Shown: positions 7,400 to 17,479, numbered from the stretch's first letter. The stretch: 64,000 nucleotides of DNA from Acutalibacteraceae bacterium (GCA_045617785.1 JAZLJH010000024.1:10936-74935), one strand, 5' to 3'. Made by a program: numbers and translations. The notes: a model not told the origin generated them from the letters alone.

Positions 7400-8908
7400 A
7401 TGGATTACGACGAGCTGTTGAAAAATTTTGAAGATGACAGCGCACCGCGAAAAAAAACCGCGCAGAATGCCGATGAAAAGACATCGGCAAAGCAGGTGCA
7501 TCCGCAAAAAACGGAAACCGAGCTTGAACGCATTATACGCGAAAGGCAGAAGCGTGTGGAAAATTTCAAGGTCGATGTTCCCGGTTCGCAGGAAAAAGGA
7601 CCGTCGCACAACGGCGTTTACCTTTCGAATGCCCCGCGCGACATTGCCGACACTGCCGAAAAACGCTCTGCGCCGCGCACAAATGAAGCGCCGGCAGACG
7701 GTGAAAGCCGCACCGCGCAGAAAAGTAAGCTGAAGGTCACGGTGCCGCCCGCAACCGAAAAACAGAAAAAAGCCATCGAAGCAAGAAATAAAAAGAACGG
7801 CGGTCCCGCCAAGGCCGAAAAGCGCAAGGAGCAGTTGAGCCGTATTGCAATTATAGTTGCAATAATCGTGCTTACAAGCACGGTGCTCTGCATTTACGGC
7901 ATACGCTGTATAAACGATGTACTCGCCATAAAGACGCAGGACAAAGCTGTTGAGGTTACCGTTTCATCAAATATGAGCGACGGCGAGGTCATAAGCATAC
8001 TTAAAAAGAATGACCTTATCAACAATAAGCTGTTCTGCAAGCTGTTCATAAAATTCCTTGATAAAGGCGGCGAATATGTCAGCGGCGTTTATACCCTCAC
8101 ACCGAATATGGGTATTGAAAAGATGCTTTCCACAATGAAAGCCGACTACACGCTTTCCGAAACGGTTACACTCACATTCCCCGAGGGCTTCACGGTAGAC
8201 CAGATCGCTCAGAAGCTCGAAACAAACAAGGTCTGCAGCAGCGCAAGCTTCATCACTACCCTGCAGACGGTCGATTTTTCGGAGGAATATCCGTTTATAA
8301 ACAGTATCGCCAATTCCGATTTGCGCTTCCGCAAGCTTGAAGGGTATCTGTACCCCGATACCTACGAGTTCTATATAGGCGAAACCGCTTCAAGTGTTGC
8401 AAGAAAGTTCCTTGATAACTTCAAAAACAGGTGGACCGATGAGTACGCCGATATTGCCGCAGAACGCGGAATTTCGGTTGACGATGTTATGACGATGGCA
8501 TCAATACTTCAGAAGGAAGCCGCAACAGATGACCAAATGCCCGTAATCGCTTCCATCCTTTACAACCGTCTTGCAAAATCCGCCACATTCCCGTGGCTGC
8601 AGTGCGACTCCACCGAAACATACCTTAACGAAACGATCAAACCCACACTCACATCCTCTATGGAGGATACCGAAAAGTATCTTGCATTCCGCGATAATTA
8701 CGATACTTACAGTAAGGAGTGCGTCGGTCTTCCCATAGGTCCCATAGGCAACCCGGGCGATTCCGCCATCAACGCGGCGCTCAACCCGAAGGATACCGAT
8801 TATTACTATTTCAGGCACGACAATAAGGGCGGCGTATATTATGCCTCCACATTTGCCGAGCACGAACAGAACGGCATTACAGTTGAGGAAGTGAATGCAG
8901 AAGAATGA
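7400..8908 (+). CDS. mltG: endolytic murein transglycosylase MltG (YceG-like) with a long charged N-terminal region
   Basis: It has a single TM (IAIIVAIIVLTSTVL), LEGYLYPDTYEF and ASILQKEA motifs. Confidence 0.85.
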   Translation: MDYDELLKNFEDDSAPRKKTAQNADEKTSAKQVHPQKTETELERIIRERQKRVENFKVDVPGSQEKGPSHNGVYLSNAPRDIADTAEKRSAPRTNEAPADGESRTAQKSKLKVTVPPATEKQKKAIEARNKKNGGPAKAEKRKEQLSRIAIIVAIIVLTSTVLCIYGIRCINDVLAIKTQDKAVEVTVSSNMSDGEVISILKKNDLINNKLFCKLFIKFLDKGGEYVSGVYTLTPNMGIEKMLSTMKADYTLSETVTLTFPEGFTVDQIAQKLETNKVCSSASFITTLQTVDFSEEYPFINSIANSDLRFRKLEGYLYPDTYEFYIGETASSVARKFLDNFKNRWTDEYADIAAERGISVDDVMTMASILQKEAATDDQMPVIASILYNRLAKSATFPWLQCDSTETYLNETIKPTLTSSMEDTEKYLAFRDNYDTYSKECVGLPIGPIGNPGDSAINAALNPKDTDYYYFRHDNKGGVYYASTFAEHEQNGITVEEVNAEE

Positions 8909-9939
8909 AAAAAGCAATATCATTGATTTCGGCTCTTGTTATGCTCGTTTCGCTTTGCTCCTGCAGCATGAGCCACGTTAAAGAACAGACCGAAACCGTT
9001 ACCGCAATGAATACGGTAATGACTCTTACGGTTTATTCAAACAAAAATACCGATGAGGTCTTTGAGGAACTGAAAAAAGAAATCGATATTCTCGATACGC
9101 TTCTCACGGTCAATCCCGTTGCCAATAAGGGTGAAAACGGTGTTGACCCGAGTGATGTTGTTAGAATAAATACATCCGGTGAGCCTGTCGAGGTCAGCGA
9201 TTTCACGGTCGAGCTCATAGACAAGGCGCTCGAAGCGAATGAGCTTACCGACGGCGCGTTCGACATCACAATAAACCCCGTTATCGAAATGTGGGGCTTT
9301 AACGATGCCACATACGGTGTGCCCGGCAAAGCAGAGCGCGAAAACGCTTTGAAGCTTGTCGGTTCGGATAAAATCGCCGTCGACGGCAACACGGTCGGTG
9401 TGAGCGAGCTTTCAAGCATAAATCTCGGCGGTATTGCCAAAGGCGCTCTCGGTGATGACCTTAAACGCATTCTCGATAAACACGGTATGGCGGCGGTGCT
9501 TTCGCTCGGCGGCAATATTGTGCTCGTGGGCAATAACCCCGCGGCAGAAAAATGGTCTGTGGGTGTTAAGGCGCCCAATGAGGAAAAGGCGCTTATCTGC
9601 AAATTCCGCTGCGGCGGCGACCGTTCGGTCGTTACCTCCGGCGGCTATGAACGCTATTTTGAGTACAAGGGCAAAAGGTATCACCATATAATCGACCCCG
9701 CAACAGGTGCTCCTGCCGAAAGCGATCTGCAGAGCGTTACCGTTATCGGCAAAGACGGCGCTATGTGCGATGCGCTTTCAACCGCTCTGTTCGTAATGGG
9801 CAGTGAAAAAGCCGTTGAGTTCGCAAAGGAACACAACGACTTTGAGTACATATTCGTTACCGAAGATAAGATAATCGCAAGCGCAAGCATTCCGGAGCTT
9901 ACCGCGGAAATCAACACTTATACCGTTGAAACATTCTGA
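8905..9939 (+). CDS. apbE: FAD:protein FMN transferase (ApbE family lipoprotein)
   Basis: Signal peptide with lipobox (LVSLCSC), INLGGIAKG and HHIIDPATG motifs. Confidence 0.85.
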   Translation: MKKAISLISALVMLVSLCSCSMSHVKEQTETVTAMNTVMTLTVYSNKNTDEVFEELKKEIDILDTLLTVNPVANKGENGVDPSDVVRINTSGEPVEVSDFTVELIDKALEANELTDGAFDITINPVIEMWGFNDATYGVPGKAERENALKLVGSDKIAVDGNTVGVSELSSINLGGIAKGALGDDLKRILDKHGMAAVLSLGGNIVLVGNNPAAEKWSVGVKAPNEEKALICKFRCGGDRSVVTSGGYERYFEYKGKRYHHIIDPATGAPAESDLQSVTVIGKDGAMCDALSTALFVMGSEKAVEFAKEHNDFEYIFVTEDKIIASASIPELTAEINTYTVETF

Positions 9940-11045
9940 ATGAATTCCGCAATGACTGCATTTGAAACAAGCATTCCGCTTGTAGTGAGCGAAAGATGTT
10001 CGCCGTCAAAGCTTACAAGTCCCCGTTCGTTTAAGAGCGGGGCTTTTTTTATTATGTTTTCAACCGCGCTTTCACCGTAAATGTTTCGTGTTTCACTTAC
10101 GGTGAGCCCGCTTTTCAGCCTTAACCGCAGCATTATATATTCCTCGGCATCTCCGCCGCTGCAGTCGAAAACAGGCGGCTTACCGTCGATGAAATCAGCC
10201 GCGCTGCGCGCATAATAAAAGCGCTTGCCGTTTACGAATGAATGTGCCGCAGCACCTATGCCGAGGTAATCTTCAAGCAGCCAATACGCGCTGTTGTGGC
10301 GGCTTTCAAAGCCCTTGCGGGCAAAATTCGAGATTTCGTAATGCTCATATCCCGCATTTTTAAGGCGTTCGCAGCAGTGTTCATATAAATCGGCTGTCGC
10401 GTCGTCATCGGGAAACTCATATTTTTCGCGGTTTTTGTAAAACAGGGTGTTTTCTTCAAGTTTGAGAATATATGCGCTCACATGGGCGGCATTTTCACCG
10501 ATGACAAAATCAAGCGTTTCGTCAAGCGAAGCTTCGGTCTGCATCGGTATGCCGAGCATAACGTCAAGCGAAATGTTTTCGATACCGTTTTTTCGTAAAA
10601 TTTCCAGTACCTCGCTCACTCTGTCTCTGCCGGAAAGTCTGCCGAGCATACGGCGCTCGCCGTCGACGGCGGATTGCAGACCGAGCGAAACTCTGTTTAC
10701 GCCCGCTGCGGCAAGGTACGGTGCCGCTTTTTCAATATCGGATGCGGGGTTGCATTCAACCGTGATTTCACCGTCTGCGGGAATTTTGAATTTTTCCTTT
10801 GCCGCGGCAATTATTTTGTAAAGCGCTTCGCCGTCAAGCACCGACGGTGTGCCGCCGCCGAGGTATAATGTCTGCGCATTGAAATCACCGCTTAAAAACC
10901 GCAAGCTGCGGCGCAGAGTTTTTATTTCGTCAAGCACCGCTTCAACATAGCGGTCGGCTGTTTCTTTATCCGTGCGCAACGAATAAAAGTCGCAGTACGG
11001 GCATTTTGAAGCGCAGAACGGTATGTGAATGTATACACTGCTCAT
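9918..11045 (-). CDS. hemW: radical SAM heme chaperone HemW (oxygen-independent coproporphyrinogen oxidase-like)
   Basis: MSSVYIHIPFCASKCPYCDF (CxxxCxxC) and the HemN C-terminal region. The start is placed at ATG 11045. Confidence 0.88.
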   Translation of the reverse strand: MSSVYIHIPFCASKCPYCDFYSLRTDKETADRYVEAVLDEIKTLRRSLRFLSGDFNAQTLYLGGGTPSVLDGEALYKIIAAAKEKFKIPADGEITVECNPASDIEKAAPYLAAAGVNRVSLGLQSAVDGERRMLGRLSGRDRVSEVLEILRKNGIENISLDVMLGIPMQTEASLDETLDFVIGENAAHVSAYILKLEENTLFYKNREKYEFPDDDATADLYEHCCERLKNAGYEHYEISNFARKGFESRHNSAYWLLEDYLGIGAAAHSFVNGKRFYYARSAADFIDGKPPVFDCSGGDAEEYIMLRLRLKSGLTVSETRNIYGESAVENIIKKAPLLNERGLVSFDGEHLSLTTSGMLVSNAVIAEFIQNVSTV

Positions 11046-11069
11046 ATTATCACCGGTAAGATTATACAA

Positions 11070-11264
11070 TCATTTCCCGCCGTTTTCAATATTTTCTATT
11101 CGCTTCTTTATAAATCTGTTGCGGCAGCCGCCGTTTTCGCGGCATTTATAGCAGTGCAGGCATTTAAGCATTTTTTTGCCGTCGTGGAAAGCGGTTTCTT
11201 CAAGAATAATGTTTTTGCCGACAATGCCGCAATACTGCTCGAATGTGAATGAATGACTGTTCAA
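11070..11264 (-). CDS. small Cys-rich hypothetical protein (64 aa)
   Basis: TTG start 10 nt after a GAGGAGG RBS. It contains CLHCYKCRENGGC and ends directly upstream of hemW. Confidence 0.4.
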   Translation of the reverse strand: MNSHSFTFEQYCGIVGKNIILEETAFHDGKKMLKCLHCYKCRENGGCRNRFIKKRIENIENGGK

Positions 11265-11363
11265 GCTGTTTTATCCTCCTCTCAAATACCCTCTGATAAT
11301 AATATGCTCAATTATTTGCAATAATCATAAATTCGGCGCGTAATACATATTTTGTAAACGGTG

Positions 11364-11582
11364 ATGAATATGAAATACGGGTTGTTGAAAAAACACACAA
11401 CAGAGTATGACATTCTGTGCCGCGAGCTTGAAAAAATACAGTCGCAGCTTGATGAATGTTACGCCCTGTTTTCAATTCTTACAGACGGCGAGCTGATAGA
11501 TGCCGCCGTTTATAAGATGAAAAGCCTGGAAGCCGAATACGATTATGTTTACAAAAGGGTAAAGGAGTGCGGTAAAAAATGA
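11364..11582 (+). CDS. yaaL: YaaL-like small protein (DUF2508-like)
   Basis: About 72 aa, helical and charged, and immediately upstream of bofA as in B. subtilis yaaL-bofA. Confidence 0.55.
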   Translation: MNMKYGLLKKHTTEYDILCRELEKIQSQLDECYALFSILTDGELIDAAVYKMKSLEAEYDYVYKRVKECGKK

Positions 11583-11827
11583 ATGTTTATGTAACGGGTG
11601 CGGTGCTGTGTGCGGCGGCTTTGCTTATGTTCAAAAAAAGCGGATGCTTCTTCAAGTCGTTTATAACGAGTGCGCTCGGCGGAGTGGGCGCATTGTGTGC
11701 CGTGAGCGCGGTTTCGTATTTTGTGCCGCTTACCGTCGGTATGAATATCTTTACGCTTTTGTTTTCCGCAATGTTTTCCGTGCCGGGGGTAATAACGCTT
11801 CTGGTGCTCAAAAGTTTTTTGCTTTGA
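11579..11827 (+). CDS. bofA: pro-sigmaK processing inhibitor BofA
   Basis: 82-aa two-TM protein with a BofA-like C-terminal pattern (VGMNIFT...SVPGVITLLVLKSF). Confidence 0.75.
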   Translation: MNVYVTGAVLCAAALLMFKKSGCFFKSFITSALGGVGALCAVSAVSYFVPLTVGMNIFTLLFSAMFSVPGVITLLVLKSFLL

Positions 11828-11887
11828 CTTGCAATAGTTGTAAAGCTGTTGTATAATGTTCCCGTTTTTACGAAAGGGCGTTTTATA

Positions 11888-13111
11888 ATGGCGAGAAATT
11901 ACCCGAAAGTTTATATAACCGTCAAGGGCGAAAAGCATATTAAAGGCGGTCATCCGTGGGTGTTCGGCGAAGAGGTTACCGAGGTCTGCGGAGGTTATGA
12001 AAACGGCGATGTTGCGGATGTTTATTCGCAGAAAGGCCGCTGGCTCGGCGCGGGGTATATAAACGACAATTCAAAAATAAGGGTGCGCATTATTTCCCGC
12101 AACGCCAATGACAGATTCGACGAAGCATTTTACGAGCGCCGTCTGCGCTATGCCGTGGAATACCGCAAAACCGTTATGGGCTACACCGATTTCAAATGCT
12201 GCCGACTTATATTCGGCGAAGCGGATTGCTTTCCCGGGCTTACGGTCGACAGATTCGGTGAGATTCTTGTTGCGCAGGTTTTGTGCCTCGGCACGGAGCG
12301 CATAAAGCATTTTCTCATACCGAAGCTTGTTGAAATATTGCGCGAAAGCGGCGAAAAAATCACCGCCGTTTATGAGCGCAACGATGTTGCCATACGCGAG
12401 CGCGAGGGTATGGAACAGTATAAGGGCTTTTTTGCCGCGGAGGGCTTGCGCACCGATCTTGACGGATTTACGGAAATCGTTGAAAACGGCATAAAATACC
12501 GCGTCGATTACATAAACGGGCAGAAAACGGGCTATTTCCTTGACCAGAAATACAACCGTCTTGCAATAAGAAAAATCGCCGAGGGCAAAAAGGTGCTCGA
12601 CTGCTTTACCCACACGGGAGCATTTGCGCTTAACGCAGCGGCGGCAGGTGCCGCACTCGTTACGGCGGTGGATGTTTCGCAGGATGCGCTCGACAGTGCC
12701 GCATTTAATGCCGCGCTCAATAACTTCGGTAATGTCGAGTTCAGATGTGCCGATGTTTTTGATCTGCTTACCGATATGAAGGAAAACGGCAAATCAGATT
12801 ACGATTTTATAATCCTTGACCCGCCGGCGTTCACCAAGAGCAGCGCAACCGTCAATTCCGCATACAGAGGGTATAAGGAAATAAATCTTAAAGCGATGAA
12901 GCTGCTGCCGCGCGGCGGCTACCTTGCCACCTGCTCCTGCTCGCATTTTATGAAGGACGAGCTGTTCTGTGAAATGCTTTGCGAAGCGGCGGCGGATGCC
13001 GGAGTATCGTTACGGCAGATAGAGTGCCGCCGGCAGAGTGCGGACCACCCGATTCTGTGGAATGTGCCGGAAACGAATTACCTTAAATTTTATATTTTTC
13101 AGGTTGTGTAA
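11888..13111 (+). CDS. class I SAM-dependent rRNA methyltransferase (RlmI/RlmK-like, PUA plus MTase)
   Basis: GYFLDQKYNR and ILDPPAF motifs. The start is placed at ATG 11888. Confidence 0.85.
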   Translation: MARNYPKVYITVKGEKHIKGGHPWVFGEEVTEVCGGYENGDVADVYSQKGRWLGAGYINDNSKIRVRIISRNANDRFDEAFYERRLRYAVEYRKTVMGYTDFKCCRLIFGEADCFPGLTVDRFGEILVAQVLCLGTERIKHFLIPKLVEILRESGEKITAVYERNDVAIREREGMEQYKGFFAAEGLRTDLDGFTEIVENGIKYRVDYINGQKTGYFLDQKYNRLAIRKIAEGKKVLDCFTHTGAFALNAAAAGAALVTAVDVSQDALDSAAFNAALNNFGNVEFRCADVFDLLTDMKENGKSDYDFIILDPPAFTKSSATVNSAYRGYKEINLKAMKLLPRGGYLATCSCSHFMKDELFCEMLCEAAADAGVSLRQIECRRQSADHPILWNVPETNYLKFYIFQVV

Positions 13112-13116
13112 AAATT

Positions 13117-13692
13117 ATGAATATCATCGAAATTGTTTTGCTCGCGGTCAGTCTTTCAATGGATGCGTTCGCGGTCGCGCTCTGCAAGGGACTTGCCATG
13201 CAGAAGCTCAAAATCAAAAGCTGCATCATCGTGGGCGCGTGGTTCGGCACTTTTCAGGCGCTTATGCCGCTTGCGGGCTTTTTGCTCGGCAGCACCTTTG
13301 CCGATAAAATAACATCAATAGACCACTGGATAGCGTTCGTTCTGCTTGCTATTATCGGCGGCAATATGATTAAAGAGGCGTTCGATAAAAAAGAGGAGAA
13401 GGCAGACGATTCGCTCGGCGTGAAAAATATGCTCGTTATGGCTATTGCCACAAGCATAGATGCCCTTGCCGTGGGCGTTTCATTCGCATTTACCGAATTT
13501 AATCCGTCGTGGTATGTTTACATCGCATTTGCGCTTATCGGAATAATTACATTCACCATTTCCGCAGTCGGTGTCAAAATCGGCAATATATTCGGCACGC
13601 GCTACAAATCAAAGGCGGAGTTTGCAGGCGGGCTGATACTTATATGCCTCGGTCTTAAAATTCTGCTTGAGGGACTGGGCGTAATCAAATAA
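13117..13692 (+). CDS. mntP: manganese efflux pump MntP
   Basis: Six-TM protein with duplicated SMDAFAV / SIDALAVG motifs. Confidence 0.88.
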   Translation: MNIIEIVLLAVSLSMDAFAVALCKGLAMQKLKIKSCIIVGAWFGTFQALMPLAGFLLGSTFADKITSIDHWIAFVLLAIIGGNMIKEAFDKKEEKADDSLGVKNMLVMAIATSIDALAVGVSFAFTEFNPSWYVYIAFALIGIITFTISAVGVKIGNIFGTRYKSKAEFAGGLILICLGLKILLEGLGVIK

Positions 13693-13700
13693 AAACTTTT

Positions 13701-13731
13701 ATGTCGTTTCGCGCTTGCGGACGGCATTTTT
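13701..13731 (+). terminator. terminator-like hairpin after mntP
   Basis: ATGTCGT...ACGGCAT stem with an inner GC-rich pairing, followed by TTTTT. Confidence 0.45.
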
Positions 13732-13771
13732 CAGTGTAAAGTAAAAAACTTTTACAATTTGAAAAAAACTG

Positions 13772-13800
13772 TTGACAAGCCGCAGAGCCTCTGCTATAAT
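13772..13800 (+). promoter_or_regulatory. consensus sigma-A promoter of the ylxM-ffh operon
   Basis: TTGACA, 17 nt, TATAAT (perfect hexamers). Confidence 0.6.
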
Positions 13801-13870
13801 ACACGACTGTAAAGATTTCAGGCTTTACAGTTCTTCGAAAGGGGGAGGCATTACGGCAAAAAATCTTGAT

Positions 13871-14215
13871 GTGGTTGTGCTCGCCGATTATTACGGCGAA
13901 ATGCTCACCGAAAATCAGCGCAAGTTTCTTGAATATTACTATAACGATGACCTCTCGCTTTCCGAAATAGCACAGAATGAGGGCATAACAAGGCAGGGCG
14001 TGCGCGATGCAGTCAAGCGCGCCGAATCCCAGCTTTTCGATATGGAAAAAAAGCTCGGCTTCGCAGACCGTGCCCGCCGCGTGAACGAGGCACTTGCCAC
14101 GGTGCTCAAATGCGCCGATGAAATAAATACATATAATATGAACATTTCTCTTTCAAGGGAAATCAACGATGCGGTCGTTTCCATAAAATCCGCCATTGTT
14201 TCGCTTGATGAATAA
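13871..14215 (+). CDS. ylxM: YlxM/UPF0122 helix-turn-helix protein (SRP operon)
   Basis: DDLSLSEIAQNEGITRQGVRDAVKRAE HTH region, upstream of ffh. The start is uncertain: GTG 13871 is chosen, and the ORF-track start at 13772 is the promoter -35 box. Confidence 0.75.
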   Translation: MVVLADYYGEMLTENQRKFLEYYYNDDLSLSEIAQNEGITRQGVRDAVKRAESQLFDMEKKLGFADRARRVNEALATVLKCADEINTYNMNISLSREINDAVVSIKSAIVSLDE

Positions 14216-14235
14216 TAAATTGCAGGAGGTCGCAA

Positions 14236-15618
14236 ATGGCTTTTGAAGGTCTTTCCGACAAACTCGAATCCGCATTCAAAAAGTTAAAAAGCAAGGGCAG
14301 CCTTACCGAAGCCGATGTACGCGACGCTATGCGCGAGGTGCGCCTGGCACTTCTTGAAGCCGACGTAAACTACAAGGTGGCAAAGGACTTTACAAATACC
14401 GTTACCGAGCGTGCCATAGGCGCCAAGGTTATGGAAAGTCTTACCCCCGCGCAGATGGTTATAAAAATAGTCAATGAAGAGCTCACCGCACTTATGGGCG
14501 GCACACAGTCAAGGCTCGCTTCAGCCCCTCATCCGCCCACGGTCGTTATGATGTGCGGTCTGCAGGGCTCGGGTAAAACCACCCATTGTGCGAAAATCGC
14601 CTTAAAGCTTAAAGAGCAGGGGCACAGACCGCTGCTTGTCGCGTGCGATATTTACCGTCCCGCCGCCATTAAACAGCTGCAGGTCGTCGGTGAGCAGATA
14701 GATGTTCCCGTTTTTGAAATGGGTACCGAAAATCCCGTTAAAATCGCAACCGAGGCAATAAAGCTCGCAAAGGATAACGGCTACGATTACGTTTTCCTCG
14801 ATACTGCAGGCCGTCTGCATATTGACGAAACTCTTATGCAGGAGCTTAAAGATATAAAGGCAACTGTCAAGCCGCACGAAATACTTCTTGTTATCGACTC
14901 AATGCTCGGTCAGGATGCCGTCACGGTAGCCTCCGCATTCAACGAAGCGCTCGGCATTGACGGACTTGTGCTCACAAAGCTCGACGGTGACACCCGAGGC
15001 GGCGCGGCACTTTCGGCACGTGCGGTCACAGGCAAGCCCATAAAATTCATCGGTATCGGTGAAAAGCTCGGCGACCTTGATTATTTCCATCCGGAGCGTA
15101 TGGCAAGCCGTATTCTCGGTATGGGCGATGTGCTCTCACTCATCGAAAAGGCTGAAACGGCGCTCGATGAAAAGAAAGCCGAACAGCTTGAGAAGAAGCT
15201 CAGAGAAAACAAACTCGACCTTAACGATATGCTTATGCAGTTCGAGGAAATGAAGAAGATGGGTCCCATGAAGGACATTATCTCGCTCATTCCGGGGCTT
15301 AACAAAAAGGTCAAGGATACCGATGTTGACGATAAGCAGATCGACTATACTATGGCGATAATCCGTTCTATGACGATGAAAGAGCGGCAAAATCCCGATA
15401 TAATCAACCCCTCGCGCAAAAGGCGTATAGCCGCAGGCTGCGGTCTCGGTGTTGAGGATGTCAACCGGCTGCTCGGTCAGTACAGACAGATGCAGAAGCT
15501 CTACAAGCAGCTCAGCGGCAAATCATCCAAAAAGATGATGAAGCGTATGCAGCGTATGGGCGGCGGAATGCCCGGCATGGGCGGAATGCCCGGCGGTATG
15601 GGCGGTTTCCCGATGTAA
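14236..15618 (+). CDS. ffh: signal recognition particle protein Ffh
   Basis: GLQGSGKTT, DTAGR and TKLDGD GTPase motifs, plus a Met/Gly-rich M-domain tail. Confidence 0.95.
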   Translation: MAFEGLSDKLESAFKKLKSKGSLTEADVRDAMREVRLALLEADVNYKVAKDFTNTVTERAIGAKVMESLTPAQMVIKIVNEELTALMGGTQSRLASAPHPPTVVMMCGLQGSGKTTHCAKIALKLKEQGHRPLLVACDIYRPAAIKQLQVVGEQIDVPVFEMGTENPVKIATEAIKLAKDNGYDYVFLDTAGRLHIDETLMQELKDIKATVKPHEILLVIDSMLGQDAVTVASAFNEALGIDGLVLTKLDGDTRGGAALSARAVTGKPIKFIGIGEKLGDLDYFHPERMASRILGMGDVLSLIEKAETALDEKKAEQLEKKLRENKLDLNDMLMQFEEMKKMGPMKDIISLIPGLNKKVKDTDVDDKQIDYTMAIIRSMTMKERQNPDIINPSRKRRIAAGCGLGVEDVNRLLGQYRQMQKLYKQLSGKSSKKMMKRMQRMGGGMPGMGGMPGGMGGFPM

Positions 15619-15678
15619 TACAAGTCGCAAGACTGTATATAAATTTATTAAGTTATTATTTTTTGGAGGTAATTCAAA

Positions 15679-15924
15679 ATGGCAGTTAAAATTCGTCTTC
15701 GCCGTATGGGCGCAAAGAAAGCACCTTTCTATCGTGTAGTAGTAGCTGATTCACGCTATCCGCGTGACGGCCGCTTCATCGAAGAGTTAGGTTATTACAA
15801 CCCGCTTACCGATCCCGCAGAGGTTAAGCTTGATGCCGAAAAGGTAAGCAAGTGGCTTGAAAACGGCGCACAGCCCACAGATACTGTTCGCGCTCTTCTC
15901 AAAAAGCAGAATATCATTAAATAA
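15679..15924 (+). CDS. rpsP: 30S ribosomal protein S16
   Basis: [26 protein letters not shown]. Confidence 0.95.
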   Translation: MAVKIRLRRMGAKKAPFYRVVVADSRYPRDGRFIEELGYYNPLTDPAEVKLDAEKVSKWLENGAQPTDTVRALLKKQNIIK

Positions 15925-15939
15925 TCAAGGGTGGCAACA

Positions 15940-16173
15940 ATGAAAGAATTACTCGAAACAGTCGCCAAGGGTCTCGTTGAGGCTCCCGACGCAGTCGAGG
16001 TCACTGTTGATGAAGCTAATGAAGAAGGCGTAGTCGTTTATCATCTTCATGTCGGTCCGGACGATATGGGCAGAGTTATCGGCAAACAGGGCAGAATAGC
16101 CAAGGCTATCCGCACCGTTATGCGCGCTGCCGCAGTTCGCAACGATGTTAAGATTCAGGTGGATATCGACTGA
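15940..16173 (+). CDS. ylqC: KH-domain RNA-binding protein
   Basis: GRVIGKQGRIAKAIRTV KH motif, located between rpsP and rimM. ATG 15940 follows a GGGTGG RBS. Confidence 0.85.
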   Translation: MKELLETVAKGLVEAPDAVEVTVDEANEEGVVVYHLHVGPDDMGRVIGKQGRIAKAIRTVMRAAAVRNDVKIQVDID

Positions 16174-16227
16174 TTCAGCGTGTTTTACGCTTTGGGGAGC
16201 CATTACGGCTCCCCGTATGTTTTTATT

Positions 16228-16746
16228 ATGATTAAAGATTATCTTGAAATAGGGCAGGTAGTCAGCACACACGGCATAAAGGGCGAGGTGCGCCTTAACC
16301 CGTGGTGCGACGGTCCCGAATTTGTGAAAAAATTCAAAACTCTTTACGGCGATGAAAAGGGGAATACCTCTTACAAGGTCGTTTCGTGCCGCCCGCACGG
16401 GAATATAGCAATATTAAAGCTTGAGGGTGTCGACACCGTCGAGCAGGCGGAAGCTATGCGCTCAAAAACGCTTTATATGAAGCGCAGCGATGCGCATCTG
16501 CCGGCAGGCAAGTGGTTTATTGCCGAGCTCATTGACTGCGAATGTGTGGATGCCGATGATGAAAACAAGGTCTACGGCACAATTACCGATGTTGCTTCGG
16601 GCGCAGCAAACGATGTCTGGTATATCACAACGCCCGACGGCAAAGAGGTGCTTATACCCGCAATAAAAGATGTTGTGATACGCTGCGATGTGGAAAACGG
16701 TAAGGCATATATAAGACCGCTCAGGGGGCTTTTTGATGAGGATTGA
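16228..16746 (+). CDS. rimM: 16S rRNA processing protein RimM
   Basis: IGQVVSTHGIKGEVRL at the N-terminus and a PRC barrel. The start is placed at ATG 16228. Confidence 0.9.
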   Translation: MIKDYLEIGQVVSTHGIKGEVRLNPWCDGPEFVKKFKTLYGDEKGNTSYKVVSCRPHGNIAILKLEGVDTVEQAEAMRSKTLYMKRSDAHLPAGKWFIAELIDCECVDADDENKVYGTITDVASGAANDVWYITTPDGKEVLIPAIKDVVIRCDVENGKAYIRPLRGLFDED

Positions 16747-17479
16747 TATAATGACGCTTTTCCCGCAGATGTGCGAGGCGGTTATGAGCGAAAGCGTAAT
16801 CGGCAGAGCACGCGACACGGGCAAGGTTACAATTGAATTTCATCAGATACGCGACTTTGCAATAAACCGGCGCAACCAGGTGGATGATACGCCTTACGGC
16901 GGCGGCGCGGGTATGCTTATGATGGCGCAGCCGATTTATGACTGCTTCAATAAGGTCTGCGATGCTGCAGGAGCAAGACCGCACCTCATATATATGTCGC
17001 CCTGCGGCAAAACGCTTACGCAGGAGCGCGTCAAAGAGCTTTCCGAGCTTCCGAATGTTGCGATTCTCTGCGGCAGGTATGAGGGCGTTGACCAGCGCGT
17101 TATCGATGAAATAGTTGATGAGGAAATATCCATAGGCGATTATGTCGTAACGGGCGGCGAAATGCCCGCTATGATACTTGCCGATGCGATTTCGCGTATG
17201 CTGCCCGGTGTGCTTTCCGAACCGGAGGGCTTTATGGGCGAAAGCCACTATTCATCGCTGCTTGAATATCCGCAATACACAAAGCCGCCCGTGTGGCACG
17301 GTGTTGAGGTGCCGGAAGTGCTTACCTCCGGGCACCACGCCAATATACAGAAGTGGCAGCGCGAGCGCTCAATAGAACGCACGCTTGAACGCCGACCGGA
17401 GCTTCTTGAAAATGCAGAACTTTCCAAAAAGGAACGGCAGTTTCTTGAAGAATTGAAGCGCAGTAAAAGTGAAGAATGA
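16733..17479 (+). CDS. trmD: tRNA (guanine37-N1)-methyltransferase
   Basis: IDIMTLFPQM, CGRYEGVDQRV and GGEMPAM motifs. Confidence 0.95.
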   Translation: MMRIDIMTLFPQMCEAVMSESVIGRARDTGKVTIEFHQIRDFAINRRNQVDDTPYGGGAGMLMMAQPIYDCFNKVCDAAGARPHLIYMSPCGKTLTQERVKELSELPNVAILCGRYEGVDQRVIDEIVDEEISIGDYVVTGGEMPAMILADAISRMLPGVLSEPEGFMGESHYSSLLEYPQYTKPPVWHGVEVPEVLTSGHHANIQKWQRERSIERTLERRPELLENAELSKKERQFLEELKRSKSEE

